Shown piece by piece: positions 11,328-24,075 of a stretch of DNA of 64,000 nt. Within the stretch, counting starts at the first letter, position 1. The number at the start of each line of letters is the position of its first letter. The stretch is taken from NCBI GenBank assembly GCA_973895155.1, contig OZ316892.1, positions 15,430,861 through 15,494,860 of the forward strand. The letters run 5' to 3'. A program made the translations under genes and the position numbers. Source of the DNA: Marsupella aquatica (Eukaryota > Plantae > Marchantiophyta). The notes below the pieces were generated by a model. That model saw only the letters and a program-made list of their open reading frames with translations, made no database searches and was not told where the DNA came from.

Positions 11328-14300
11328 TGGATCCGCCTTTGAAGCTTTTCGGGCAGACGATTGCCCTGACCACGTCTGCATCTTCTCAAGATGATGCATT
11401 GGACGGAGTAGGAGCGACGAGCCCTGGAGCTTGGGAAGAATTGTCTTCCGCTCCTCAGGTTAGTTTCAGAAATGTGTTCGATGACAGTCAGTAGCGTCTT
11501 ATGGTCATAGTGTTTTTAGCTATTTACTCTTTGTGCCGAGGGTATCCGGCTGGTAGGATGTGACGTTGGTCTTCTAAGGAAATTTGCTGACGGTCCTTTC
11601 CCCTCCGTATGATCCGGACGTGTTCTATACGTGACATGCAGGCTTCTTACTACCGTTCTTTCCTAAGCTTATTCCTTTACTAGTTGGCTACCATCTCTGT
11701 ATTGTTGAGTGCCCTCTGATCCTGGACGGTCTTCGTCAGCCTCCAACATATTGAGTAGAAGCTTACGGAGGAATCTCTTCTATTCGTAGTCGATAAACTT
11801 TTCATGTCATCTTACTTTTACACAAAGTTTGGATCGCCGCGTTGCTGTGGTTGCCCAGCACCTGCCTTTCCATGCAATAGCTGCAATCCTGCTCCCGGGT
11901 AGCATTCCTAATTTCATTACATGGCAGATTTCGCCTCTGTGTTCTCTTGGTCCGCACTATCTCCATTGATTTAGAGGATTCCAATTGTTCGATTTGGTCT
12001 TACTTGCTGATTTTCCGTATTACTCAGGATGACAGGACTCAGATCAACTTGCAGTTATAGGATATAGCTATCATGGACGGTCATGCCGTCACTATTAATG
12101 CTTGTCCTGGAAGATTACTACTTCCTTTCTGGAATGTGTCGATTAGATACTTCTCTGAAGCACTAGTCTTAATTATTGCCTCTAAGCACACTGAAGCTTT
12201 GTGAGTTAATGTGGAAGTAACTTTCGGGTTTAACTTGTCTTGGTGGGCAAGAGATCCGTTTATCCTCGAGGCACACGTACGTGTGAGAACGAAAAGTGTG
12301 TGAAAGCTCCGCCCAGCTTGGGCACGTCCAGTTAGCTAGTTGTGTCTTGGGGTATCTTACTCCTTGCGTGGCTGGTTATCTGCATAGGACATTGTTGATA
12401 CGCTCGCTGCTTTCCTGTACACTTGAGTTCGTGGTGTGAGTTGGAAAGCAGGTGAAGTCGAAGGTCTAGATGTTCGAAGATCGTAGAGCAAATTATGAAA
12501 TTTATCTAAATACAGCAAACGCGCTGTTCTTCGAACTTCTTTAGTGCCTGGACGACTCAGTCTTGGTTTTTCACCATGGATTCCTTCGCATATCTTTCTT
12601 TGCAGCCTTTAAATTTTGTCGTATGAAAACTTATCAACACTCGTGTTTCGTCCGCGTGTTTGTCCCTTGTCCTAGTTTCACTTATTAGTGGTCTGACCAT
12701 GATCGAATCTGATAGGTTTGGTATTGGAAGTGTCAGGGAGAGCCATTTGTGATTTATTTGTGCAGTTTTGTGGGCAGGTTATCTAATTAGATGGGTATTT
12801 TCTATCTTGCAGGACAGAACCGAAAGCGGCGCGAAAAGTGAGTTGGCGCATGCCGAGGTTCCAGCTAGTTGTGGTCCTGAGATTAGTTCATCCGGGAGCA
12901 ATGGTGCCGACGAAGAGAAAATGTCTTCTCCTCGTGAAGTGTTTGGCTTAGCGCTACCATTGGAAGAAGCATCAAAAGGCAGAGGGTCAGAAGGTGGCGA
13001 AGATCTGGATGTGGAAGAAGTGGGTTTCAGGCATGGGGAGGAGGTCAATGGAGACGACGTCGGAGGGAAGGGAGGCAAGATGCCTAGGAGACCAGATAAG
13101 GCGGTCGCTTGTCCACGATGCCATAGTTTGGAGACGAAGTTTTGTTATTACAACAACTATAATGTCAATCAACCGCGGCACTTTTGCAAGCACTGCCAGC
13201 GGTACTGGACTGCAGGTGGAACTCTCCGCAACGTTCCCGTCGGTGCGGGGCGTCGTAAGAACAAACATGGTAGTGTAGTATCCCCCAGGCAGACTCCAGA
13301 CATGGGACTAGTCAGAGATGACGAACCTGACGTTGCCGCACCGTTGCTCGTTGGAAAGGGCGTTCCGATACCGGTGCCACTGCAAGTTCCCGTGGTTCAA
13401 ACAGTCTTGGGTGGATCACTGCCATCTCCTCCTACACCCATAATTCGAGTGCCTGTTGGTGGCGGCTCTTCCGACGGAGTTAATGCCCTGCCTTACGGTG
13501 TGCGAGTTCGATCCTTGGAAGGCACTTACATTCTCACTTCTGCCGAACCGGTGAAGCCCAGCGAGCCCGGTGGAGTGGCAGGCAATCTGCCTTGCGTGTC
13601 CGCAGGATTTAGTGATGTGAGCAGGGGCCCCAACGAAGTTGAAGGTACTTGTGGCTGGCCTTCGAAGGGTGGATCGGCTTGCACACCAGCTTGCGGTCCG
13701 GGTGGTTCTAATCTACTTCCTTCTGCGAAAGGTGATTCCGCAACTCCCCCAAAACACATCAATAATGGTAGTGATGTCACTCAGGCATGGAATAGTGGCG
13801 GTGTTGGAGGAGTTCGTGGATCCCATGGTGGTCCCGGCTCTTTTGGATTCTTCAACGGGGGATGGCCGTATGGATACAACGTCGGATGGAGTGTAGGTGC
13901 AGCGTTTTGCGCTGGCGGAGTCCCAAGCGTAGGGAACGCCGTGCCCCCCCCCACTCCCGCGAATGTCGCAGCTTGGAACGGGGCCCCTCCCGGGAACATG
14001 TGGACGGGAGTGCCATGGCCCATGCCCGGTTTGTCTTGGAGCCCTGCTGGCTGGGGTCCTCCTCCTTGGCCCATCGCCCCTTGGCCGATGAGTGCAGCAG
14101 CAGCACCCGCCGGCGCTGCCGTGGCCAGATCGCCCTCTATCGCAACGGGTAGTGCATCCGGCGTGCCGAATCCTGTTCCTGGTCCACCGGGAGGGTCTCC
14201 GGGCTTGTCGTTGGGCAAACATGTCCGTCCTTTTGAGGGAGGCGGTACTTCAGATGGGACAGTTTGGGCTCCGAAATCCTTGAGAATGGCGGATCCTGAA

Positions 14301-14501
14301 GAGGCCATGCGCAGTTCCGTGTGGAGAATTCTCGGTGTTGGATCCCATCCTGAACTGATACCTGCCAGCACTTTCAAAGCTTTTCAACCGAACCCCGACA
14401 GCAAAAAGGCTCCCGATGGCGATCAGCAGACAGTGCAGACAACGTTGCACGCCAATCCAGCCGCCATGTCTAGGTCTATGTATTTCCAGGAGAGTAACTG
14501 A
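11327..14501 (+). CDS. CDF: CYCLING DOF FACTOR-type Dof zinc-finger transcription factor, ~606 aa; exons 11327-11458 and 12813-14501
   Basis: Exon 1 starts [12 protein letters not shown] (IKLFG-type TOPLESS-binding motif). A phase-0 GT-AG intron spans 11459-12812, with a CTAAT branch site at 12783. The Dof domain reads [50 protein letters not shown]. The CDF C-terminal motifs [21 protein letters not shown] and [16 protein letters not shown] are present. Confidence 0.96.
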
Positions 14502-15429
14502 GCCACAATCAACCAGAGACCCTAGTCCAAAAGATGACGAAAGGAACTTTTAGTAAAACGAAATTCATTGAGGTGAAGTTCTTGTTCAGGCTCTGTCGAA
14601 CACTCCGCAGAGGTATCCTCTGTTGACTTTAGCTTTCCCAGGTCGAGTAGATTCGGGCTTCTATGTGAGTAGACCAGTTTTGACTCCATTGGATTCGTGC
14701 CCAAGTTGTCGGGCATTTTATTCACAAGAAAAACCTGTACCATACACATCGATGACGACCGTAGCCGCATACCTTGTTCTTTTAATTTCTGATGAGATCA
14801 ATCTACTCTCGGAGTGAGGAGACTTCGAGTCGGACGGTTTTGAGTCGTTCTTTCATCTTCATGTCGTTCGGTGGATAATTCACTCTATATAGTTGTTAAC
14901 CCTTTTGTTATGGACTCTCACATTTTGGAGCCGTATTAATGTAGTTGCTTCGGAACTCCACGGACTTCACGGAAAAGTAGTACGCACTAGAGTCGGATGC
15001 TCGTTACATGCAGGACTGGAGGAGCTCCCGGACGATCATCGTAAGTCACATCAAATTGGCTTTTGCAATAGAACGGATGGAGGAGAACGACTGCCTTGAC
15101 GGGGTAACTGTCGAGGGAGAATCTCTCTTCAAGCACGGAACTGGGTTTAATTAATTATGCGACAAACACTGATCGATGCTATAGATTCCACAAACAAATT
15201 TTGCCTTCTCACTCAGAAGTTCGTCAGCAGATCGCCATAGTTTTGTGTACTGTAACTACGCAAGCGATGTCTGGCTGGCAACGCCGTTTTAAAGTATAAG
15301 ATTTGGGTCCTTGAGCTGCGCCTTTTACTAAATTAGCTTTTAAGTACATTGTCACTAAAGATTTTTAATTTACAAATTTATTTTTATTTATAAAGATGTC
15401 ATGGCATATAGTTCTCCTAGTTACTTTGT

Positions 15430-16090
15430 TAAACTTGTTATTGGCATTTTTATAAAAAAAATTTAAAAAATGTATTTTTATAAATTAAAAAAATAGTGAC
15501 AGGATTATGAATTCGAATATTTTTAGTGATAAAATATCCAAATTTTGTTTTCTAAATATAGGGCCCGTCACTTTGATGAACTTGTTATTGGAATACAAAA
15601 TAGTGATAATGACAATAATATGAACTAGAATATTTTTAGTGACAAAATACTCAAAATTTGTTTACTAAATATAGGGTGACTATATGTCTACGGGTGTATA
15701 CCTCAAAGAGGGATACAAGTGGCCTTTGTTGTACTTTTAGCCCCTTAGGTGTTCACACATCAAAATGTGTAAATAAGAGGTGGCACTCAAATGCTTATAA
15801 TCTGGTGTAGAACCCACCGCCGTAGCCACAGCCCCCTGCTTTTCAGGTTAATAAAATTTATCATGGTTCACACATCAAAATGCCCTAAATATAAGGTGTG
15901 CACTCATTGATTTAATGATAAATAAAATAAAATATTTATCCATGGTCGGGAGTGATTTATTGATTTAAAGAAAATAACAATATTTTAAAAATACATGGTA
16001 TGGAGTGATGCATTGATTTTTTAAAAATAACAATATTTATCATGGTATGGAATGATGCCACGTTGATTTTTAAAAACTAACAAAATTATC
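15430..16090. repeat. AT-rich degenerate direct/tandem repeats, probably a non-autonomous DNA element remnant
   Basis: Duplicated GAATATTTTTAGTGA...CTAAATATAGGG blocks (~15515 and ~15630) and 3-4 copies of a ~50-bp CATGGT..GAGTGAT..ATTGATTT..AAAATAACAA unit (~15900-16090). Confidence 0.5.
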
Positions 16091-17529
16091 ATGACTGACT
16101 TATCAAGAGGCATGTTTACACTTATTGTGGGACCCATGCTTACACTTATTGTGTGACCCCATCAAAATCTTCCAATCATTGTCCACATTTGACCCTCCTA
16201 ACTCAGTTCAAAACTCTTTGCTAGTGTGGCTGGCAAGTGAATAACATGATGACCATCAGAATATACTTAATTGATAATGAGGGATAAAAAGTGACACTAG
16301 CACAATACTTAGTGGGCAAGGACCATTAGGAACCCACTTCCTTAAAAAGAGCAACAATTTTCCCATGTCAATAATGTCATAAAGAATCCATGATGTTGTA
16401 GAGAATCTTGTGGGGCCTTGCAGGTCCCATGCCTTAAATGTTCGTCACGTCAGCCAAGGCCCATGTCCCTATTCCTTGACATGATGCTTAACAGGTACCA
16501 ATAGCTTAAGGTTGTCGGTATGACTCTTCACATTTTGCGGATTTAGGTTGCTACAATGCAAGCTCTTTTAGTCATGATTATATCTGCATGTAAGCATTTG
16601 GGGGTGCTTGCTCTTTCCACTTTGTTTTCTGTATACAGCCTCCCGCGCAATGAAACACTAGGCATTCTTAACTGTATATGTAACACTTGTTGCACTTGGT
16701 TCAGTTGGGACATTGTATTCAACAGTCCCGTACCTAGCGCAATCTTCAAGGTCTGATGAACAATACATCATTTTTATTAACTCTTACCCTTCAGGACATT
16801 AAAAGTATTCATTTGGTCTGATACATAGTGCCCTTAGTGATCTTTCACTTAGTTTGTGTTTTTCAGGGCATTGTTGGACAATGACCTTTCTCTTTATATT
16901 TTCCAGAGCATTAAAGATATCCTGAAAGTAGGTCGTGAGTTCCACTAGGGATTCATTCTAACTCACTATCTGAGGTGTTAATTTGCCATTGCTCGCCAAG
17001 TACATCCTGGTCTGTAAACCTGAAAAGTTAAGTCAAAATAGTCGTGAGTAATTTGAAATTTTATATATTGGTGCTTGTAAGTAGTATGGGGGTAAATTCA
17101 CTAGTTCTGCTCTTCTCATCAATGTCACAGATTTTGTCTGGCTGCCCTTCTTGCCACTCAATCATGTTGTTGTTGCAATGTGCAACACTGTGCTCCTTTG
17201 CAAGTTTACTCAATCATGTTGCTTTTGTGCTAGTGGCACGCACATACGTACGCACTGTGCCTCTATCCTCCATTCGAATCTAGTCTTTCATTGTGTGTGT
17301 GCAAGGAATAGTTGCTCTCTCCATTTTGTTTCAACTATGGATACCGGGGCAAGGAGAGGCTATCCTCCTCTCCTCTCGTTTGACAACTGATGGAGATGCA
17401 GACAGTGCAACCAAATTTTGAAAGCCTGCCTATGCAGCAAATGCTCCCTCCCCTCGTCAACAACCCAAAGCATGACCAGGGGAATGATTATTTGAGGAGA
17501 GGAGAGAGGAGAGGAGGATAGCCAAGATC

Positions 17530-17830
17530 AGGGAGAGAGCTTCATGTTGTTGCATGCAATGGCTATGCAGGTGTATCTCATAGTACTCAAATCACTTCAA
17601 CAAATTGAGCTTGCTTGAAAGTATCAGATCACGATTGTGAACCCAGGGCGACCAGTACATCTGCTCTCAGAGTACGCCCACACTCCATAATTTGTTCAAA
17701 GACCACACAAACTTTACTCTTGAAAATTTTGCAAAACTCTGTGCAGGTGTCAGTCCCACCATAGAAAGGAATGCTAGGCTCTACTGGATTATCTCATAAG
17801 CTGAAAGGATGCACTTACAAACTGACTGTA
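17530..17830 (+). pseudogene. Possible PIF/Harbinger-type transposase fragment
   Basis: NLFKDHTNFTLENFAKLCAGVSPTI resembles the HTH segment of Harbinger/ISL2EU nucleases. No DDE residues are visible. Confidence 0.3.
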
Positions 17831-18389
17831 AGTCGACCCCGATTGGATCCCATGAGTCACAAATCTCCTTGGTACAAACCTGAGCGGGAACCTGAGGACT
17901 CCCATTCACATCAGTTTGCTTAACGTAATTAAAGCATTCCGATGGAAGAGTTGTAACCGGTACTCCAGAATGAGTCCTTTAACTCTCCTTTTGCAAAGTC
18001 TGCACCAGCTCCATGTGCGGCAACCGGCAAAGAGGAATCCTTGGAGGCTCTTTCTCCAACCCTCAAAAATCTTGCCCAAAAGACATGACTGCTTTGAGAT
18101 CGCTTTGGCCATTGACAGCCCCACCTCACTAACTTTCCTCATTTTGACCTCCTCAGTCATCTCCATTCTTCCCCTTCTCAGCTATGAAACTGGAACTACC
18201 AAGGCAACGTCTAGACTTGACAACAATGCAACTGATCTTTGTGCTTGACAAGTATACCTGGATCCTGAAAACAAGGATTGAGATGACTCGAAAGGACCCG
18301 CTCATATACCCCCTTGGGTTGAATCCCATCCACTAACCTTGGACCAAATTGTACTTATGGTGCAACTACTACTTACACTAGCTAGACTT

Positions 18390-18611
18390 AAGTAGTGGAT
18401 CAAACTTAGGCTCATATATTGTTATGGATCCAGTTGTGAGATAGGAAGAACTTAGTCTCTCTTTATGTGTTCAATAAATCTCTTTTGTGTGTTCTCATGG
18501 ACGTAGCCTCTAGTGAGCTGAACCACATATCTTCTCTGTTTGTTACTTGTGTATTTGGTGGAAGTTGCATATGTGCATGTAATCTTATGAATATTGGTCA
18601 TTTTACTCAAT
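18390..18611 (+). mobile_element. Diverged LTR fragment of the local copia family
   Basis: TTGTGTGTTCTCATGGACGTAGCCTC...GAACCAC is the reverse complement of the conserved block in the LTRs at 19011 and 46361. Confidence 0.65.
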
Positions 18612-21563
18612 AATAAATAACTTTTCCCGGCCATATAGCTTTGATTTAGGATTGTAATTTATTTTTATCTGACCTCCTAAAAGGAACAGTCCTTGGATTG
18701 GGGCTTGTATTGGCTGTGTGTTTCCCCTCATTTGTGAGGCTTTTGAGCTATGAAGCGGAGCCATGCTTGATATTGTGCAATGTTCCTCCTCAACCTCTTT
18801 CTTTGTTGTGGTTATCTTTTTTGGACTCTTATTCTACAATGAATTTAGCTTGACTCTCAAGGTAAGGTTTTTGCTTTTGATTAAGCTTTGTGGATTCATG
18901 AGTGAGTTTGCACTATCTTTCATTGAATCTTTAATAAGATTTTCAAACAAGAGGCAAACTGCAAACTAATGATCTTGAAATAAAGTTTTAATTTTTATGC
19001 CCAATCATAATGTTGATCAAAAATGACATTCACAACAACAAGCCCATGTTCATCCAACACACAAGTAGTCAACATAGAGAGATACATGGTTCACCTCAAT
19101 TGAGGCTATGTCCACGAGAACACACAAGAGTTTTATTGCACTCTAGGCCCGTTGGCCATACTGAGTCTCCGCAATACAAGATCTCCCTATCTAGCTCTCA
19201 ACTGGCTCCATAACAATGAGCTTGAGTTCCACCTATCCAAGCAAACATCGCTTCAATTGGGATATAATGTGTAACCTAGTTAACCTAACCTAATCCACAA
19301 CTAAGGTCAGTCCTAACTATGGTTACAATCCTAACCCTAGACAGGCTAAGAGTAAATGTCAAACAATCTCCCCTTTGACTCTGGTCTAGTAGAGGGTAAT
19401 GCTGCTAACCTATATAACCCTAAACCCTAAACCCTAAACAAAAAACCAAATGTTAAGAAAACCCAAATAATAAGTTTATTGATTCAACTAAATTGCTTCC
19501 TTTGTTGTTTCCACTGCTACAACATACTTTCTTTTGTATGGACTTTGCTATACACTTTTGCAAAGCACACCTCCAACATATGCTTTCATCGCAAGTGTGA
19601 ACACATACCTTGTTGTTGATCTCCTCCAATTAATCCAAATTTTGTCCATAGTCAAAACCAACATAGCCAATCAATTATCTAGCATTATTTGCATTTTCAT
19701 CAAACAAAAGACCATGATCCACAGTACCCTTCAAGTGCCTAATAATCCATTTAATTGCTTTCCAATGTATCTTCCCTAGAATTGACATGTACCTGTTCAC
19801 CTTGTACACAGTCATGAAAAGATCAGGTCTAGTGCAAGTCATCAAACACATGAGACTCCCAGTGGCCTTATCACAAGGAACCTTTCATATCAGCCCTTTC
19901 CCTATCAAATTGGTCTTAAAAAAACTAATTATATATGACAACTTGAAGTGTGCAGCCATAGAGGTAATTATTGGCTTGTTGTCCCCTATGTTGAACCTAG
20001 CAATTACCTTCTTGCAAAATTGTCTTGCGTCAACCATAGCTTACCAACCTCTAAGTCCCTAGTGATCTTCATACCCAAAATCTGTTTAGTTGGCCCTAAG
20101 TCCTTCATCTTAAACTTTGCACTGAACAGTGTCTTGTGCTTAACAATCTCAGATCTATACTTGGTCGCGATAAACATGTAATCCACATACAATACTTAAA
20201 CAATGAACCTGAAGACAACATTCTTCACTGGTTCCAAATACACACAAGGATCAAATATATTCATATTAAAGCCTTGTGCATGGATCTTGGTGACTACTTC
20301 AATCTATATATTAAAGATTTTAGCAATCCTCAAACCAACATCATGCCCTTTCTTCATGAGACCTAGCTTGGGCAAAAATGATGTCACTAAGATGTCACTA
20401 AGAGGCTTCAAATTATACTCACATCATTATGTGACCGTAGATTTTTCACCCTTGCATCCAAACACTTAACTATGTTTCTAGTATGATTCTCCACCTAGGC
20501 TTTCTATTTCTTAAAATTAGACAAGACATCAAACTTATGTGTCATGAAATAAATCCACACACATCTTGAGTAATCATCAATGAAAAATACATAGTAAAAT
20601 TTTCCAGTGTATGAGAGAGTTGGACATGGACCCCATTTGTCACTATGTATATATTCAAAAACTGTTTTGGAATGATGAGTTCCAACACCAAAAGCACTCT
20701 TATGTTGTTTTTTAGAAATGCTATGCTCATAGAACCTAATGTACAAGACAGCAAATTAATCATAAATGAGCTCATTCTTCCGCAAGATAGCCAAACCCTT
20801 CTCACTCATGTGGCCTATCCGTGAATGCCACAATTGAGTCATATTCTTGTGAGATTTGGCTACATTATTGGCCTCTCCACATATCGTATTGCCCTACAAC
20901 ATATACAAATTTTTATTTCAGCTCCCTTTAAAATCACTATCTCTTCTAAAATAATTTGAAGTTTGTCATCAATTACTCTCCATATATTGATGACCATTTG
21001 TATTCAACACACCAAGTAAAATCAAGTTCTTACACATGCTAGGTATATACCTGACGCCAAAAACTAAATGCACAGTGCCATCAAAATTAAACAATTTGAC
21101 ACAGCATAAGAACTTGAAAACTTGCAAATGTAACAAATGTGAAAAGAGCAAGCATAGTCAAGAATACATACATCATCTGCTTTCCTAGATGAATTGCATA
21201 AAGTATACTTTTGACTTCATAAAACATACTCATAATTGAGCAAATCAACTTCTCCATTAGCGCGAGCAACATTGGCTGACGAAGAATCAACTAATGTCTT
21301 TGCCCTTGCAATATTTCTTCACATGACCATCTTTGTCACACTTCCAGCATACCACCGGCTTCTTCTCTTGGGACTTCCCCCTAGAATCAAATCTTGTCCT
21401 ATATTTACTTTGGCCTTACCATTTGTGCAATATTATAACCTTCCACGGTTCACATTTAAGGCAACACTAGACACCAACAATGGTTGAGAGGATATGGTCA
21501 ATTTTACCCCAAGTTGTCAGTCAATAGATTTCTTACAACCTCATTATAAGTAATGGTTTTCCT

Positions 21564-21724
21564 GCCCAGAGAGGCATGACTTTGTGGTAGCTCACTTGAA
21601 TGAGTAGAGACTGATAGGTCTTGGGTTCAACTATTGTGGGCTGACTCTTCCCAACTATTGTGGCTGACTCTTCCCTTTCTGTGGGGTTTCACAGATTTCC
21701 CTTAAAAAATTTATTAAAAAAAAT
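21564..21724 (+). mobile_element. tRNA-derived SINE (~160 bp) inserted in the gag of the old copia
   Basis: 13-bp TSD TAATGGTTTTCCT (21551-21563, 21725-21737), A-box-like TGACTTTGTGG, B-box-like GGTTCAACT, an internal ~23-bp duplication and an A-rich tail. Confidence 0.8.
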
Positions 21725-22385
21725 TAATGGTTTTCCTATCACAATGAAGTTACTTCACCTTGATAATGACTGATATGACAACAATAATGAGCTCATGAAG
21801 TGAAGAGTCTTTTGCTCATCACTCAAATCCTCCCCTTGATAATGCAAGTCAACAACTAAATTCATTTGTTGAAATCATCGATGTGGTCCTAAATCTTTGA
21901 ACTTCGTTTTTTCATTTGAAGATCATTAGCTCCCGCATTATTTAGCTTTAAGAACGTTTAGAGCTTATTTGATAGGTCCTTCTGATGGTAATTATGCTAT
22001 AATGCCACAACCAACCATGCATTGTTGACATGCTTTGTCAACTGCTTGACAATATTTGGTTGTAAGTAGAGCATCATGGTGCTCACAACCTGCTCTTGCA
22101 TATCCTACCAATCATTATTATCAATATAACGTGGCAAATCCTTCAACAACTTACCAAGACTAGTTGCATGGAGTACCTCATTCACTTGTGACTCCCACAA
22201 TAAGTCATCATACAACCATCATATTTTGTAACCTCAAACTTTGGACCTACAAGATTGGTTGTCCCCCTCCTTTTTCTTGCCGCCACTTAGGATCAAAGTC
22301 CTTGCCGATATGAGCCCTCCTCCAAAGCACTCATGAGAGAAATCAAGAAAAAAATGATGTTTTTCTCAACTTCTAAAAAAACTCA

Positions 22386-23733
22386 TTGGCTCAACAGGAT
22401 CTGGGATGTGGTGCTTTCATAGAAGAAATGGAGTGATGTCTGGTAGGTTTCTTGGACATCTTATCTGTCCACCAGGGCTAAAACCTTTTTTTGTCGTGTT
22501 CTTGCCTAGGGCCTATTTTTTGGATCCAGAGCCTTGAGGATCTTGAAGTTTAATGGTTGTTGTGAACTATGTCGGGGGTTGATTGAGACTATCCCCACAC
22601 ATATTTTTCCATTGTTGACATGCACAAAGCTGTTAGAGGGAGACCCATGGATGGTTGAATTGGCAGATTATTGGCCAGGACTCTAGCATTTTTTACCTGC
22701 TACTGCCTTGTCGAGTGAAGTCCCCACTGAGTACACTGCGTGCTTTTTTTATTTACTAGATCCTCTGGAATATCTGGATTTCTTAGAATGGACAAACCTT
22801 TGACTTGATCGACAAAGACCACGAAACGTATCTTTGATCAAATATCTGTCATTTTTGAGACGCTTGATCATCTTACTGACAGCCACATCTGGAACCAATA
22901 GGAAACACACCCACCTGGTTGGTGCTACTGCTATGCTAGAAAGGGAAAGGAGCAAGATTTTAGTGAACATTAGATATTGCTCTAGTCTTGTGACTCATGA
23001 GCTAACTACAGTTAGTCTAACTCGGGTTAGAACTTAGCTAAAGTTAGCGGTAGTGCTGTTGTGTAAATAGCCAGGGCTGATGCTAGACCCTGGTGGAACT
23101 TAGGCTCATTGTTACGGAACTAGTTGAGAGATAGGGAGAGCTTGTGTTGTGGATGCTTGGTATGGCCGGTCGGCCTAGAGTGCAGTAAAGCTCTTGTGTG
23201 TTCCTGTGGACGTAGCCTCATGTGGAGGTGAATCACGTATCTCTCTGTGTCGACTATTGTGCGTTGGATGGTTCATGGGCTTGCTGTTACGAATGTCGTC
23301 TATGCTCAACATTTAGGAAGTAGAGTTAGACTTATTGAATCTTCATGAAAGTAATGATTGTCTTTCTGTAGGACTTTAGATGGATATGCATTTATTGGTT
23401 TTGTAAGGTTTTATGTATAGATGTGAGTTAGGCTTAAGGGTTCATGAGGTGCCACCATCTGCTAAGTCACTTATCTGAATTAAGCAGATTGTGTATGGTC
23501 CATTGCCTATGATATGCTTTTTGGGTCTGTTTTGAGATGTGTTGCAGCATAAGGCTTGATATGAGCCTAATGTCGGAGAGGATACCACGTATTGCACAAG
23601 ATTTTTTGGTCTTGATGTTTGTGCTTTCCTGTCTTTTTGGTGCTATTGCCTTTTGGTGTGCTTGATCCCCCCATCCGTGGGGTTCACATGGAATAAAATC
23701 CAATTAAAGAAACCAAAAAAACTAAACAGAACT
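22386..23733 (+). mobile_element. 5'-truncated LINE 3' fragment inserted in the old copia leader
   Basis: zf-RVT-like CELCRGLIETIP.HIFFHC at 22561-22615, an A-rich 3' end and flanking AAACTCA repeats (22379-22385, 23734-23740). Copia sequence resumes at ~23740. Confidence 0.7.
22964..23311 (+). mobile_element. Solo LTR of the same copia family nested in the LINE fragment
   Basis: TG...CAACA ends with TSD TTTAG (22959-22963, 23312-23316). Its 3' half is the reverse complement of the LTR block at 46361-46580. Confidence 0.85.
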
Positions 23734-23873
23734 AAACTCAAAGCTCAAAGCTCACAACCACTGTGTAGTCCACAAGCTTAGCTATCCAAAGTTGAAAACC
23801 AGAATCAAAACTAAAATCTGACAAAAAACTTATTCACTTTTTGGTTGGGGTGACTTGAAATTCTCCCGTTTTG

Positions 23874-24075
23874 ACAAAAACCAAAATGACCAAAATGCAA
23901 AGAAGAAACCAAAATGCAAACATTTTCTTGTTTGCATTTTGGTTATTTTGCATTTTGGTTATTCCAAGAAAATGGTTATTTTGGTTATTTTGCATTTTGG
24001 TTATTTTGCATTTTGGTTATTCCAAACATTTTCTTGTTTGCATTTTGGTTATTCCAAAATGCAAACAAGAAACCA
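23874..24075. repeat. Scrambled direct/inverted repeats of CCAAAATGCA / TGCATTTTGGTTATT
   Basis: About 10 short copies in both orientations. Absent at the equivalent position of the young copia (~51570-51610). Confidence 0.8.

Noticed and set aside
12768-12812. N-terminus [15 protein letters not shown] of the 577-aa ORF
   Set aside because: It starts at TTG within the intron. The real start is ATG 11327, spliced to 12813.
12779-14450. Antisense ORFs over the CDF exon, or a FLORE-like antisense gene
   Set aside because: These are shadow ORFs of a GC-rich exon, with no independent evidence in the sequence.
17830-18330. Possible gag fragment (also ~29200-29560)
   Set aside because: Only vague similarity in broken frames, so not reported as features.
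19416-19440. Telomere-like (CCCTAAA)3; also 36077-36092 and TTAGGG-like at ~1024-1037
   Set aside because: Only 2-3 units each. They are common telo-box-like motifs, not a telomere or a healed break.
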